In this document: positions 29,716-39,285 of the stretch, piece by piece
How positions within the stretch are numbered: position 1 is the first letter of the stretch
Layout: the number at the start of each line of letters is the position of its first letter
Assembly (NCBI GenBank): GCA_016931155.1
Contig: JAFGFJ010000006.1
Span: 472,652 to 536,651 of the forward strand
Reading direction: 5' to 3'
Source: Candidatus Dojkabacteria bacterium
GTDB lineage: Bacteria > Patescibacteriota > Dojkabacteria > B142 > JAFGFJ01
Length of the DNA stretch: 64,000 nt
Position numbers and translations under genes: made by a program
Notes under the pieces: generated by a model
The model's database searches: none
What the model was told of the DNA's origin: nothing
The model's input: only the letters and a program-made list of their open reading frames with translations

Positions 29716-29925
29716 ATGAAAACCAATATAGAAAATAACGGTAGTAATGGAAATAACGGTAGTAATGACCCGAGCTTAGGGCTAGAGCTTCCTTTGAGTT
29801 ATCGTATCGAAAGACTGCAAAGGAAACTCTATACACAATCTCGTTTTATGGGATTAGAGTCTGAACCGGGTGCATCTTGTTCAAAGCCTAATGAAGGAGA
29901 TGGGTTTCGTTTTGAAGAACCTTGA
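29716..29925 (+). CDS. Small hypothetical protein
   Basis: 69 aa, with a duplicated AAATAACGGTAGTAATG (18-bp period) encoding NNGSN twice. Confidence 0.4.
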   Translation: MKTNIENNGSNGNNGSNDPSLGLELPLSYRIERLQRKLYTQSRFMGLESEPGASCSKPNEGDGFRFEEP

Positions 29926-30009
29926 TCATTAAGGTATGTACATAATAATTGAGGGCATAGCTAAATGTTATCTTTGAAGAACCAATTATTAATGCGTATG
30001 CACGATACT

Positions 30010-30987
30010 CTAGTCTTTGGAAAGAACGGGTAATGCGTGTGTGGGACTTCGTCTGTTATCTATATATTTCCTAGACCAGGTTTCCTGGCGTTTTACGTAT
30101 TGTCTGTGTTTCAATTTGATCAGTTTTTTAGTTTCTTCAAGTGTGATTTTTCCTTCAAGATATTTCACGACTTCTTTGTAGCCCATTCCTTTCATTACTT
30201 CAATATTCTTGCCATATTCAGCTAATAACACTCCCGTTTCTTCCACTAGTCCTCTGTCAAACATCTCTTCTACACGCTTATCAATTTTTTTAAATAATGT
30301 TCTTTTGGAGTAAGCCGGTCTCATGTAAACAAAATTATAATTTTTAATAACATTATTCTGAGTTTCGATATTTTTTTTGTATCCCTTAATTATTTCTATT
30401 GCTCTAATTAATCTTCTTGGATTGTTTTTATCGCTATTATTCATTTGTATAAGTTTTTTAGGATCCAGTTTTTTCAATTTATTCATAAGGCTATATGTTG
30501 ATAGTTTTTCTAAATCTTTCCTTAAATTTGTATCGGGTTCTATTTGAGGAATTTCATAGCCTTTTGTAATTGCATCTATATAGAGTCCCGTTCCCCCGAC
30601 AACTATCGGAGTTTTTCCTCTTTTTATTATATTTTCAATAACTTGATAGACCAATTGTTGATATTCATAGAGGGATAATTTTTCATCGGGATTTATGATG
30701 TCAAACAACCACCCCCGGACTTTGTATTTAATCCTTTGTTGAGGTATTCGAAATTTTCTTTTATTGATATTTATCTTTAGTATGCCTTCTGAAAATTCCG
30801 GCAATATTTCAAGCACTTCTGGCTTGTCCGTGCCGATGAATAGTTTATTGTATATCTGTCTTGAGTCTGCATTGATTATTTCTCCATTTATTTTCTTCGC
30901 GAGTTTGATGGCCATTCCAGTCTTTCCGGATGCTGTTGGTCCATAAATTACATAAACTTTACTTTTCTCTGATTTTTCTCTTGACAT
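30010..30987 (-). CDS. miaA: tRNA dimethylallyltransferase
   Basis: GPTASGKT, INADSRQIY...IGTDKP, VGGTGLY, NPRRLIRAIE, GYKE, Y.KRQ.TW. Confidence 0.96.
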   Translation of the reverse strand: MSREKSEKSKVYVIYGPTASGKTGMAIKLAKKINGEIINADSRQIYNKLFIGTDKPEVLEILPEFSEGILKININKRKFRIPQQRIKYKVRGWLFDIINPDEKLSLYEYQQLVYQVIENIIKRGKTPIVVGGTGLYIDAITKGYEIPQIEPDTNLRKDLEKLSTYSLMNKLKKLDPKKLIQMNNSDKNNPRRLIRAIEIIKGYKKNIETQNNVIKNYNFVYMRPAYSKRTLFKKIDKRVEEMFDRGLVEETGVLLAEYGKNIEVMKGMGYKEVVKYLEGKITLEETKKLIKLKHRQYVKRQETWSRKYIDNRRSPTHALPVLSKD

Positions 30988-31030
30988 GTTCGGTAAGTTT
31001 TCGGTAGAGTGTAATACGGTTAGTTTTCGG
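30981..31030 (+). promoter_or_regulatory. Promoter with two tandem LexA-type direct-repeat boxes
   Basis: TTGACA 30981-86 and TAGAGT 31005-10; TTCGG-N6-TTCGG (30989-31004) and TACGG-N6-TTCGG (31015-31030); the same motif occurs before the lexA operon. Confidence 0.8.
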
Positions 31031-31140
31031 TATCTGGTGCAAATGAACCTTATGAGTTCCTCAAAACCGAAACAACCTATTTTTCACCACTGTCCTGTCT
31101 CGTATTTTGTATACGGGACAGGACGCTTTAAAGATTTTGA

Positions 31141-31386
31141 ATGTACGAAAAGATCCATCAAAAGGTCGATGTGCAGGTGATATTTCTTAAAGATAGACCG
31201 GTTGTCAGAAGTTTCATCTGGAAAAACAGCCATTATCCTATCTCTTCGGTTAATCTTATCACCAGAGCAAGTAAAGGCCAAATGCCAGTGTTTCTATTTT
31301 CTGTTTCAAATGAGAAAGGGGCTTATGAACTCCGTTTTGACACTGACAATCTTGCGTGGTGGCTTGAGCAAATTTATTATAAATAA
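31141..31386 (+). CDS. Small beta-rich protein upstream of dinB
   Basis: 81 aa, F.W....Y.I..V...FSV....YELRFD....WWL; first gene after the SOS-like promoter. Confidence 0.75.
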   Translation: MYEKIHQKVDVQVIFLKDRPVVRSFIWKNSHYPISSVNLITRASKGQMPVFLFSVSNEKGAYELRFDTDNLAWWLEQIYYK

Positions 31387-31529
31387 AAATTACATACTTA
31401 TTTGTACGTAATGGAACTATTTTGGTGGGGAAATTGATCTACTGAGAGTTAGGCATCAAGAGCAAGACCAAGGTTTATTTTGCGGAGAGTCTTAAACAGG
31501 GAAGGTTCAACTAATGGAAGTTACATTCA

Positions 31530-32876
31530 ATGACATCAGGATATTTAGTAAAACAGAACAAATTTATACTTCATATAGATATGAATTCTTTTTTTGCATC
31601 CGTTGAACAGCAGGCAAATCCTTTTATTCGTGGGAAGCCTGTTGGTGTTGCTCATTCCGGTTATGAGGGAGCGGCTATCTTGGCCGCCTCTTATGAGGCG
31701 AAGGCTTGTGGAGTTGGTACGGGAACCAGAGTTTTTGAGGCCAGGAAGATATGTCCTGGTCTGATTATTGTCCCTTTAGATACTACAAAGTATTATGCAG
31801 TCAATAGACAGTTTGTGAAAATTCTCAAAGACTATACACCACAGGTCGAAATCTATAGTATTGATGAGGCTTTTCTCGATGTTACTAAAACTGAAGACCT
31901 TTTTGGTGGAGCTTATAATATTGCTCAAAGAATCAAAGAAAGAATAAAAGGTGAAATAGGGGAGTATCTTACTTGTTCTATTGGTATTGCTCCGAATAAA
32001 CTTCTTGCTAAAGTCGGATCGAATTTTAAGAAACCTGACGGACTTACTATTATCAAATGGGAGGAAAGATTCAAATTTCTTGATCAAATGGGATTGGAAA
32101 GAGTTTGGGGAATTGGGAGGCGGGTTGGAAGAAAGATGGGAAAGATTGGAATAAAATCTCTTCGTGAGATCAGGAAAATGGAGGATTGCGAACTAAGAAG
32201 CCTTGTGGGTGGGTATTATACGAGGCTCCGGCTTATTGCTAATGGAGAGCATTTCGAGGAAGTAAAAACCGACGTTTCCAAAAAAATACCAAAATCTATG
32301 CAACATGCTCATACCTTGTCAGATGCCAGTTCTAATTCTGCTGAACTTTTGAGTATTATGAGAAAACAGGCAGAGAGACTGGCAAGAAGACTTCGGAGAA
32401 GGGGGATGAAGGCGAAAAGGGTTTATTTGGCTATGATTCCTTCAGGACTTAGGCATTATGGATGGAATACCGAAGTACATAATTTTGGCTTTTTAAAGAT
32501 GGATCACTATACAGATGATGGGTATGAGGTATATAAGGCAGGAGAGATAATCTTTAATAGAATAGTCTTTTGCGATAACGTAGGCAATAAAATAGCTCTG
32601 AATGGAGACGGGAAGATAAGGCAGTTGATTATAGGAGTTTCTGATTTCTTGAATGCTGACAATCTCGAACTCCCTATGTCGTTGTTTGGAGAAGGAGTAG
32701 TGGCAGGATTTAAATTAAAATCAGAATTAAAAGAAAGAATAAATAGGGCTTTTGACAAGATAAATGATAAATATGGTGAATTTACCCTAAGAACTGGAGA
32801 TATTCTCTATCAATTTGTAAAAGAAAAAGAACTTGATGTCGAGAGGGAGCAGATGATGTTTCATCCTGGAATTTAA
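31530..32876 (+). CDS. dinB: Y-family DNA polymerase (Pol IV)
   Basis: HIDMNSFFASVE, AASYEAK, SIDEAFLD, SIGIAPNKLLAK, KPDG, VWGIG. Confidence 0.95.
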   Translation: MTSGYLVKQNKFILHIDMNSFFASVEQQANPFIRGKPVGVAHSGYEGAAILAASYEAKACGVGTGTRVFEARKICPGLIIVPLDTTKYYAVNRQFVKILKDYTPQVEIYSIDEAFLDVTKTEDLFGGAYNIAQRIKERIKGEIGEYLTCSIGIAPNKLLAKVGSNFKKPDGLTIIKWEERFKFLDQMGLERVWGIGRRVGRKMGKIGIKSLREIRKMEDCELRSLVGGYYTRLRLIANGEHFEEVKTDVSKKIPKSMQHAHTLSDASSNSAELLSIMRKQAERLARRLRRRGMKAKRVYLAMIPSGLRHYGWNTEVHNFGFLKMDHYTDDGYEVYKAGEIIFNRIVFCDNVGNKIALNGDGKIRQLIIGVSDFLNADNLELPMSLFGEGVVAGFKLKSELKERINRAFDKINDKYGEFTLRTGDILYQFVKEKELDVEREQMMFHPGI

Positions 32877-32915
32877 TTGTGATATAATGCCGACATTTTA
32901 AAGATATTTTGTTCT

Positions 32916-33569
32916 ATGGGCGCACTTTGCAGCGATTTCAATATTCCTGAACCGATGTGGCCATATGCTGGCAATGTGTTTCCTGATTTGGACGAAAGAT
33001 CAAGTAGATCAGCAGGAGAAAGGAATGGTAATGTAAACCCGGAAGAAGACTTTTTTGCAGGGGGAATCTTGAGGAAGTTAATTTTTCTTAGCAAGGGGAC
33101 TACAGTTAATATGCTTTTGGCAAGTGAAATTTTGCGAAAGGAAAGTCTGCCGTTCTTCTATTTTCGTATTGTAGACAATCTGGTTGATATTGCATTTCAT
33201 AAGATGGTATTGGAAGAGGGCAAGTACTATCCTCTGTATGATTTTACTCCAAATCCAGCTGAATACCCGGATAAAGAATTTGTTCCCTCACTTCTTGTAG
33301 GGTATGAGGTTTATTTTAGAAGGATTCAAGAAAATGCGGGGATGAGTAATTTGGATATGAGTGAACTCTGTGGTGATCTTGAAGGAATGTTTAAGTTTTG
33401 CTGCAATGTTTTGGGTTACGAACAGGGGAAAAATATAGAGGCGAGCGATCGTGTTGGTGTTCTGTTACTAGAAGCTAATGTTAGATTTGTTTGTCAAATA
33501 GGCGATATTGCTAAAGCCCGGGAATCTGCGAAAGGAATGGACTTGGGATCAGAATCTGGAACACAATAA
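32916..33569 (+). CDS. Hypothetical protein
   Basis: 217-aa ORF, no recognised motif. Confidence 0.55.
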   Translation: MGALCSDFNIPEPMWPYAGNVFPDLDERSSRSAGERNGNVNPEEDFFAGGILRKLIFLSKGTTVNMLLASEILRKESLPFFYFRIVDNLVDIAFHKMVLEEGKYYPLYDFTPNPAEYPDKEFVPSLLVGYEVYFRRIQENAGMSNLDMSELCGDLEGMFKFCCNVLGYEQGKNIEASDRVGVLLLEANVRFVCQIGDIAKARESAKGMDLGSESGTQ

Positions 33570-33762
33570 ACTCTATTCTTCTTAAGAATTTTAATAATTT
33601 TTTAATCTTTCTTCTGTATAATTTTTCAGTTTCAAATTTATTCCAGAACTGCAAATCTTGAGGTACGAGAGATTTGCAGAAGGGAATAGAGTGCCAAAGG
33701 AGTACAGTACCGAAAAGTACTATTGCCCGAGGTATTAATACTTTATTTATTATTTAACCCTC

Positions 33763-34107
33763 ATGTATCTACAACAGCTTTTGCTTGTTGGTCGAGCTAC
33801 TAAGGACGGTAAAGTTCACAACTCAAAAAAAGGCAAGAAATTTGGAACCTTTTCTCTTGCTGTAAACCGCTATATTGAAAAGGCGGACAACAAAAAAGGT
33901 TCTAGCAAAGAAGAGAAAAAGGAAGAAACAACCTTTTATGAAATTGTAAGTTTCGGGAAAAAAGGAGAAGCAGTATCAGAAAGGATAAGAAAAGGGGAAC
34001 TGATTGTCGTTACAGGGAGACCAGCTGCTGAGGCTTATCTTTCGAAAGACGGAGAGGCAAAAGCACAGCTAAAGGTCGTTGCAAGAGATTGGTATGTGAT
34101 TAAGTAA
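33763..34107 (+). CDS. ssb: Single-stranded DNA-binding protein, short form lacking the acidic tail
   Basis: LVGR.T.D, FSLAVNR, T.F..IV.FGK..E, KG..I.V.GR; ends at WYVIK. Confidence 0.9.
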   Translation: MYLQQLLLVGRATKDGKVHNSKKGKKFGTFSLAVNRYIEKADNKKGSSKEEKKEETTFYEIVSFGKKGEAVSERIRKGELIVVTGRPAAEAYLSKDGEAKAQLKVVARDWYVIK

Positions 34108-34176
34108 ACGATAACTTCACTTAAGAAGTATATGGTTAATTGATTGTTTGTTTGGAAAGTCAGGAGGTTCGCGTAC

Positions 34177-34210
34177 GCCCTGTATCTGGAAGATGCAGGG
34201 CTTATTTTTT
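34177..34210 (+). terminator. Intrinsic terminator between convergent ssb and lysS
   Basis: GCCCTGTATCT-GGA-AGATGCAGGGC followed by TTATTTTTT. Confidence 0.8.
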
Positions 34211-35776
34211 AGGTTTCTTGATAGATTCGTTTTTTGCTCGAACTAGAGTACTGTTGTCAATGTATTTTTCGATATCTTTGTAGATTTCTCTTGTTGTGTC
34301 TTCGAGCTCGGACTTCAATGACGGGAAAGGTACTCCTTCTTTTGCAGTAACATTTTCAAAAAACCAGAATACTCTTTCACTATGACCATAACCAACTGCC
34401 GGAGGCATCCCGTATTCAAGCATTTCAACGTAGTCAATGTCCATCATCTGTGCCTCGTCGTCACCCGCCTCCCTAAGCTTTTGCTGATCAACAAACCTCT
34501 CCAGTTGATCAACCGGATCATTCAGCTCAGACCAGGCATTTGCAAGTTCACTTCCGGCGATTATCGGTTGGAACCTGTCTACAATATTCGAATTTTCTGC
34601 ATTACTTTTTGAAAGGGGAGATAAAAATTTTGGCACTCCAAGCAGAAATGCCGGTCCTCCTATATCTTTCCTGATTAATTTCCAGAGATTATCTACAACT
34701 CTATTTCTGTTTATATCCTTTCCCAGGTCAACTCCTTCTTTTTTCAAAACCGAGTTCATTTTTTCCACTGGGTCTTTGAAAATATCGATCTTAAACCGTT
34801 TGCTCATAAGATTAACAAAATCAAGTATTTCCCATTCTTTATCGAGGTCAATTTGGAAGCCTCTAATCTCGAAATTCAGTTTGCCGTATACTTCTTTCAT
34901 TACGTATTTAAACATTTCCTGTGTAAGCTTCATGCCGTCACGGAAATCTGCGTAAGCCCAATACCATTCGATAGCAACATGTTCAGGCAAGTGCTCGTCA
35001 CTAAATCCCTCATTTCTGAACCTTGCTCCGATGTCGTAGACTTTTTCAAATCCTCCTCCGATGAGCCTTTTTAGTGGAAGCTCATGCGAAATTCTTAAAT
35101 ATAAATCCTGGTCAAGTGCATCAAAATGTGTAATAAAAGGTTTGGCATCAGCTCCACCTGTTACATGCTCAAGAACCGGAATATTAACCTCAATAAACCC
35201 GTTCTTATTTAAAAAAGCTCTTGTGGCCTGCCAGAACTTTGATCTCCTTTCAAACCTTTCTCTCACTTCGGGGTTCATTGTCATGTCAAGGTATCTTCTC
35301 CTGAAACGCTCTTCTACATCTGTTATTCCATGCCATTTTTCGGGAAGAGGCCTTAAAGTCTTGCTTAAAAGTTTAATCTGAGAAGGAAGAATTGAAATTT
35401 CTCCTCTTTGTGTTTTTGTAATTTCCCCGTTAGCCTCGATAAAATCACCAACATCAAGAAGTCCAAGATCAGAGAATCCCAAAGTCTGTTTCTCTTTTGA
35501 AGTTTTTTCCAGTACTTCATCTTTTACATAGAGCTGAATTCTTCCGGATTCATCCTGGATATGTGCAAAGACAATATGTCCATGTTCTCTCCATGACATG
35601 ATCCTTCCGACTAGAGAAACTTTTTTCCCTTCATATTTTGGGAAATTTTCAACAATCTCCTTGTTTAAAAAATCTTTCCTGCCTTTTGAAGGGTAAGGAT
35701 TTATTCCAAGCTTTCGAAGTAAATTGATCTTCTCAAGCCTTATTTTTCTGATTTGAGCGAGTGTGCTTTCTGACAT
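34202..35776 (-). CDS. lysS: Lysine--tRNA ligase (class II)
   Basis: LRPLPEKWHG, R.R.RYLD, GGADAKPF.TH, LYLRI..EL.LKRL..GG, FRNEG, ELANA..ELNDP, EYGMPP. Confidence 0.97.
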   Translation of the reverse strand: MSESTLAQIRKIRLEKINLLRKLGINPYPSKGRKDFLNKEIVENFPKYEGKKVSLVGRIMSWREHGHIVFAHIQDESGRIQLYVKDEVLEKTSKEKQTLGFSDLGLLDVGDFIEANGEITKTQRGEISILPSQIKLLSKTLRPLPEKWHGITDVEERFRRRYLDMTMNPEVRERFERRSKFWQATRAFLNKNGFIEVNIPVLEHVTGGADAKPFITHFDALDQDLYLRISHELPLKRLIGGGFEKVYDIGARFRNEGFSDEHLPEHVAIEWYWAYADFRDGMKLTQEMFKYVMKEVYGKLNFEIRGFQIDLDKEWEILDFVNLMSKRFKIDIFKDPVEKMNSVLKKEGVDLGKDINRNRVVDNLWKLIRKDIGGPAFLLGVPKFLSPLSKSNAENSNIVDRFQPIIAGSELANAWSELNDPVDQLERFVDQQKLREAGDDEAQMMDIDYVEMLEYGMPPAVGYGHSERVFWFFENVTAKEGVPFPSLKSELEDTTREIYKDIEKYIDNSTLVRAKNESIKKPKK

Positions 35777-35895
35777 TGAAATAATTTAATCTGGCTTATT
35801 ATACAGAGGTTTGAAATTATATTAAATAACAAGATTTGTTTAGAAATAGTCTTACCTATGAGAGCTAAAGTGGAGGTCTAATTCTCTTAGCAGTG

Positions 35896-36783
35896 CTAAT
35901 CAATACTTTTCAGGTCTGCGTCTTTATCTGAAATTACCGAAAGAAACATACCTGCAACTATTATAAGTCCGCCGATGGCCTGAGTGAGCACAAATTCTTC
36001 ATTTCCAAGGGTCCAGCCTATAACTGCTCCAATTATACTTTGGAAAAGAACAATTATGCTTACTACAATAGGATTTGCTCTTCCCTGTGTCCACATCTGC
36101 ACGATAAGTCCCAGACCCATAGAGATAAGAGCTATGTATAGAAATGCTCCGATATTTCCAGCGTTTAATTCAGGAAGGTGAAAGTTCCCATAAAAAGTGG
36201 TAAGGAAAAACCCGATCACTGCACAAACCAGCATCTGCCAAAAAACAAAAGAGAGAACATTTACCTTGGAGTCCAGGTTTCTATCCGAGCATATAACATG
36301 GAAGGCTCCAATCATGGATGAGAGTATGAGAACTATATCTCCTATGTCCAGTTTCCCCAAACCCCCTGTTATAAGCCACATACCAGCAGTTGCGAGAACT
36401 GCGGCAATTATTCTTCCTTTAGACATTTTTGCTTTGAAGAAGAGTATTTCATAAAGGGTCACAAATATTGTTGTTGTTCCCACAAGAAAGGCCGCATTTA
36501 CAGAAGTCGAGAGATTGAGTCCTAAATTTAAAAGATAGTTACTTGCTGCAAGCAAAGCCCCTGCAAAAATACCCCCAGCAATCAATTTTTTATTTCTAAT
36601 TTCCCTGCCTGCAAATGGAAGCAGAATAATGGTGAGAAGTGCAAATCTGCTGAAATGAAGCAAATACACATTTATTTCGGTCTGGAGTCCTTTTGTGATA
36701 AGAAAATAGCTTCCCCAGACTACCTGCATAAGGAGAAGGGGAAGTAAACTCAAATAGCTTTTTAACTGGATTTTTCTACTCAT
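35896..36783 (-). CDS. DMT/EamA family transporter
   Basis: About 10 TMs, WGS.F...K, two EamA repeats, GD...L. Confidence 0.9.
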   Translation of the reverse strand: MSRKIQLKSYLSLLPLLLMQVVWGSYFLITKGLQTEINVYLLHFSRFALLTIILLPFAGREIRNKKLIAGGIFAGALLAASNYLLNLGLNLSTSVNAAFLVGTTTIFVTLYEILFFKAKMSKGRIIAAVLATAGMWLITGGLGKLDIGDIVLILSSMIGAFHVICSDRNLDSKVNVLSFVFWQMLVCAVIGFFLTTFYGNFHLPELNAGNIGAFLYIALISMGLGLIVQMWTQGRANPIVVSIIVLFQSIIGAVIGWTLGNEEFVLTQAIGGLIIVAGMFLSVISDKDADLKSID

Positions 36784-36798
36784 TTTGATATTAATGGG

Positions 36799-37758
36799 TT
36801 ATTTTGTTGACTCTATCCTTACCCAGGTTTTTTCGAAACTCTTTTCTTTGAATTTTCTTTCAAACCAGATCTGTATCCATAGAAAAAGTCTAATCGGGTA
36901 GAGGAAAATTGCCCAAGTAAATTGCTTCAGATTTCTAGAATATTTTACAGGGAACCAGAAATACTCTATTTCGTGCCAAAAAGAACGGGATTTTGTTTCT
37001 GGTTTTACAATGTTATATTTCCAGAGTTGAATAAACCCGCCGAGAGATCTCTTCTTTTGTTTGAAATAATCAGAAAGGCTAGAAGCATATTTGACGTATG
37101 CTTTCACCTCTGGCTGATAAGCAATTCTGTAACCTCTATTAAAAAGAGAGTAAGAAATGAATGCGTCATCAGAGAGTACGTCTTGAGGAAGCTCCAGTTT
37201 AATGTTTCTGATTGCCATGGCATAACCACTCATTGGGAAAAACTTTCTTTTCTTTACAATTTTTGTTCCAAAACCTTGTGCATTTTCAGTGAGATCTATC
37301 ATTCTTTTGTGGTGTGCGGCGTCAGCTAGAAGATTTCCGTAGAAGCCCATCGGACTTTCATCCGAATCCGCTGATACCGGTCGTCCGCTTACCCCTCCTA
37401 TTTTCTCGTCTGTGAAAACTTCGAGAAAGTTTTTTACTGAATTGGGGCTTAAGTACACATCCCCGTCTGTAAGCACTAGAATCTCCCCTTTCGCTTCTTT
37501 GAAAGCAATATTAAGTGCCACTGGTTTCCCTTTTCCCGGGTCTTTTATGATTTTGTAGTACTGCGGATTTTTGGTGTTTCTTGTAAGACCCAGTTTTTTA
37601 AAAGCGGCTTTTCCTGCGTTTATTGTTTCGTTGTCCGGCGAGAGTTGTATCACCTCAAATTCTTCCGGAAGCTCGTTAATCTTTGGATCAAGCAGAGATT
37701 TTATTGCATTACCGATAGTTTTTGGTTCCTTCCATCCGGTGATGATGATTGAAATCAT
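36799..37758 (-). CDS. Glycosyltransferase family 2
   Basis: ISIII...E, GK..ALN, LTDGD (DxD), SDD, QKKR, C-terminal TM. Confidence 0.88.
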   Translation of the reverse strand: MISIIITGWKEPKTIGNAIKSLLDPKINELPEEFEVIQLSPDNETINAGKAAFKKLGLTRNTKNPQYYKIIKDPGKGKPVALNIAFKEAKGEILVLTDGDVYLSPNSVKNFLEVFTDEKIGGVSGRPVSADSDESPMGFYGNLLADAAHHKRMIDLTENAQGFGTKIVKKRKFFPMSGYAMAIRNIKLELPQDVLSDDAFISYSLFNRGYRIAYQPEVKAYVKYASSLSDYFKQKKRSLGGFIQLWKYNIVKPETKSRSFWHEIEYFWFPVKYSRNLKQFTWAIFLYPIRLFLWIQIWFERKFKEKSFEKTWVRIESTK

Positions 37759-37929
37759 TTCTATAAATGTTTTTGAGCTAACGGCGAATCAATTTCTATC
37801 CTTTTTTAGAAAGAATAATTGATAGAAACATGGGGTCATTATAAACCAGTTTGAAACTTTAGAGTAGATTTATATATTTATATTTATTCATTTCTCTATA
37901 TTGTGACAATCAATCTGCAGAAGCTGGAG

Positions 37930-38502
37930 TTATTTTGCAAGTTGACTTTGGATCAGCTTCATTGCTTCGATTACAAATTGCAAATGCTTGTCAAAATCTA
38001 TACCCAGCTCTTCAGCTCCTTTATATATTTCCTCTCTATTCACTTGTGCGGCAAAAGCTTTATCTTTTAATTTCTTTTTTACTGATTTTGGCTCGATATC
38101 TGCTATACCGTTTGGTCTAACGTATGAGACTGCCATGATAAATCCTGTGATTTCGTCACAGGCGTAGAGGGCTTTGTCCATCAGCGTTTTTCTCTCTGTA
38201 AATCTTGGGTTACCATCCTTGTCCAGGTACTGCTCGCTCATATCTCCGTGACCCGCTACGGCTTGTGCTATTTCCTCTTCTCCTTTTTCTCTAAGTAAAG
38301 CAACTATTTTTTTAGGATGCTCATCTGGGAAGCTGTCCCAGTCAGCATCATGTAGCAGTCCGGCAATTCCCCATTTTTCTTCATCTTTACCGAATTTCCT
38401 GGCGTAAGATCTCATACACTCTTCAACAGCAAGCATATGTTTCTTTGAAAAAGGCTTTGTAGACCACGTATCTAAAATTTTTAAAGCCTCATCTCGTGTC
38501 AT
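37930..38502 (-). CDS. HDIG/HD-domain hydrolase
   Basis: H.LAVE..M, W..AGLLHDAD, H, ALYACDE.TG, KKK.KDK.FA..V.R; start taken at MTRDEA (38502). Confidence 0.88.
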   Translation of the reverse strand: MTRDEALKILDTWSTKPFSKKHMLAVEECMRSYARKFGKDEEKWGIAGLLHDADWDSFPDEHPKKIVALLREKGEEEIAQAVAGHGDMSEQYLDKDGNPRFTERKTLMDKALYACDEITGFIMAVSYVRPNGIADIEPKSVKKKLKDKAFAAQVNREEIYKGAEELGIDFDKHLQFVIEAMKLIQSQLAK

Positions 38503-38524
38503 GACAGTAATATGATAATAATTA

Positions 38525-38947
38525 TTATTTAACAAATCCGGTAATTTTATCCAGTACCTTTTTTCCTTCTTCAGATGTCAGTATCTTGTCTGGAGCAGGA
38601 AAACTATTGAGAAGATCATGGAGACCCCCACTGAAATTTGTAGGCAGAGGATAAAGTTTTATATGCATGTGGTCAACATCAAGTCCTTCTATTATTTCTA
38701 GGACTCTTGGTGAATTTAGAGATTTTCTCAGAGTGCTGGAAATAGTTTTTGCTATTAAAATTCCTTTCTTCAAGATTTCATCAGGAACCTCGTCGAAATT
38801 GCTTGAAATATGTTCTTTACTAATCACTAAGACCTGTCCTTCAATGCGGGGAAAGGCGTCAAGAATCACTGCAAAATTTTCATTTTCAATGATTTTGAAA
38901 CTTGGAATCTCGCCCTTTACTATTTTACAGAAAATGCAATCGTCCAT
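38525..38947 (-). CDS. HIT family hydrolase
   Basis: DCIFCKI..GEIP, D.FP...G..LVI.K.H, V.HMHI (third His replaced by K). Confidence 0.9.
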   Translation of the reverse strand: MDDCIFCKIVKGEIPSFKIIENENFAVILDAFPRIEGQVLVISKEHISSNFDEVPDEILKKGILIAKTISSTLRKSLNSPRVLEIIEGLDVDHMHIKLYPLPTNFSGGLHDLLNSFPAPDKILTSEEGKKVLDKITGFVK

Positions 38948-38958
38948 AATTTACTATC

Positions 38959-39273
38959 TTAATAATTATTTTTTTGTTTTTCATCCCATTCCTTTTTCAA
39001 CTCCTTCAACTTCCACATAAAAATTTTTCCTTTGTTTCTTGCTTTGGGGTAGTCCATAGAAAATGATACTGCTTCTTCGAGCAGTCTTCTATCCTCACTT
39101 TTAGCAAGTTTAATGTATAAAGCCTTGTGTGCCAAGTCGCCCAGCTTTATTGCAAGTCTGTAGCCAAAATCCTGAAACTCCCGGGTGACGTATTTCAGGT
39201 TTTTCTTCTTTTCTTCAAGAAAATCATGGGAGAGTAGAATGTCTTTTGCGGACTTTACTTTTCTTCTTTTCAT
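38959..39273 (-). CDS. Hypothetical basic helical protein
   Basis: 104-aa ORF within a run of minus-strand genes. Confidence 0.7.
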   Translation of the reverse strand: MKRRKVKSAKDILLSHDFLEEKKKNLKYVTREFQDFGYRLAIKLGDLAHKALYIKLAKSEDRRLLEEAVSFSMDYPKARNKGKIFMWKLKELKKEWDEKQKNNY

Positions 39274-39285
39274 TTCTTGAGTATA

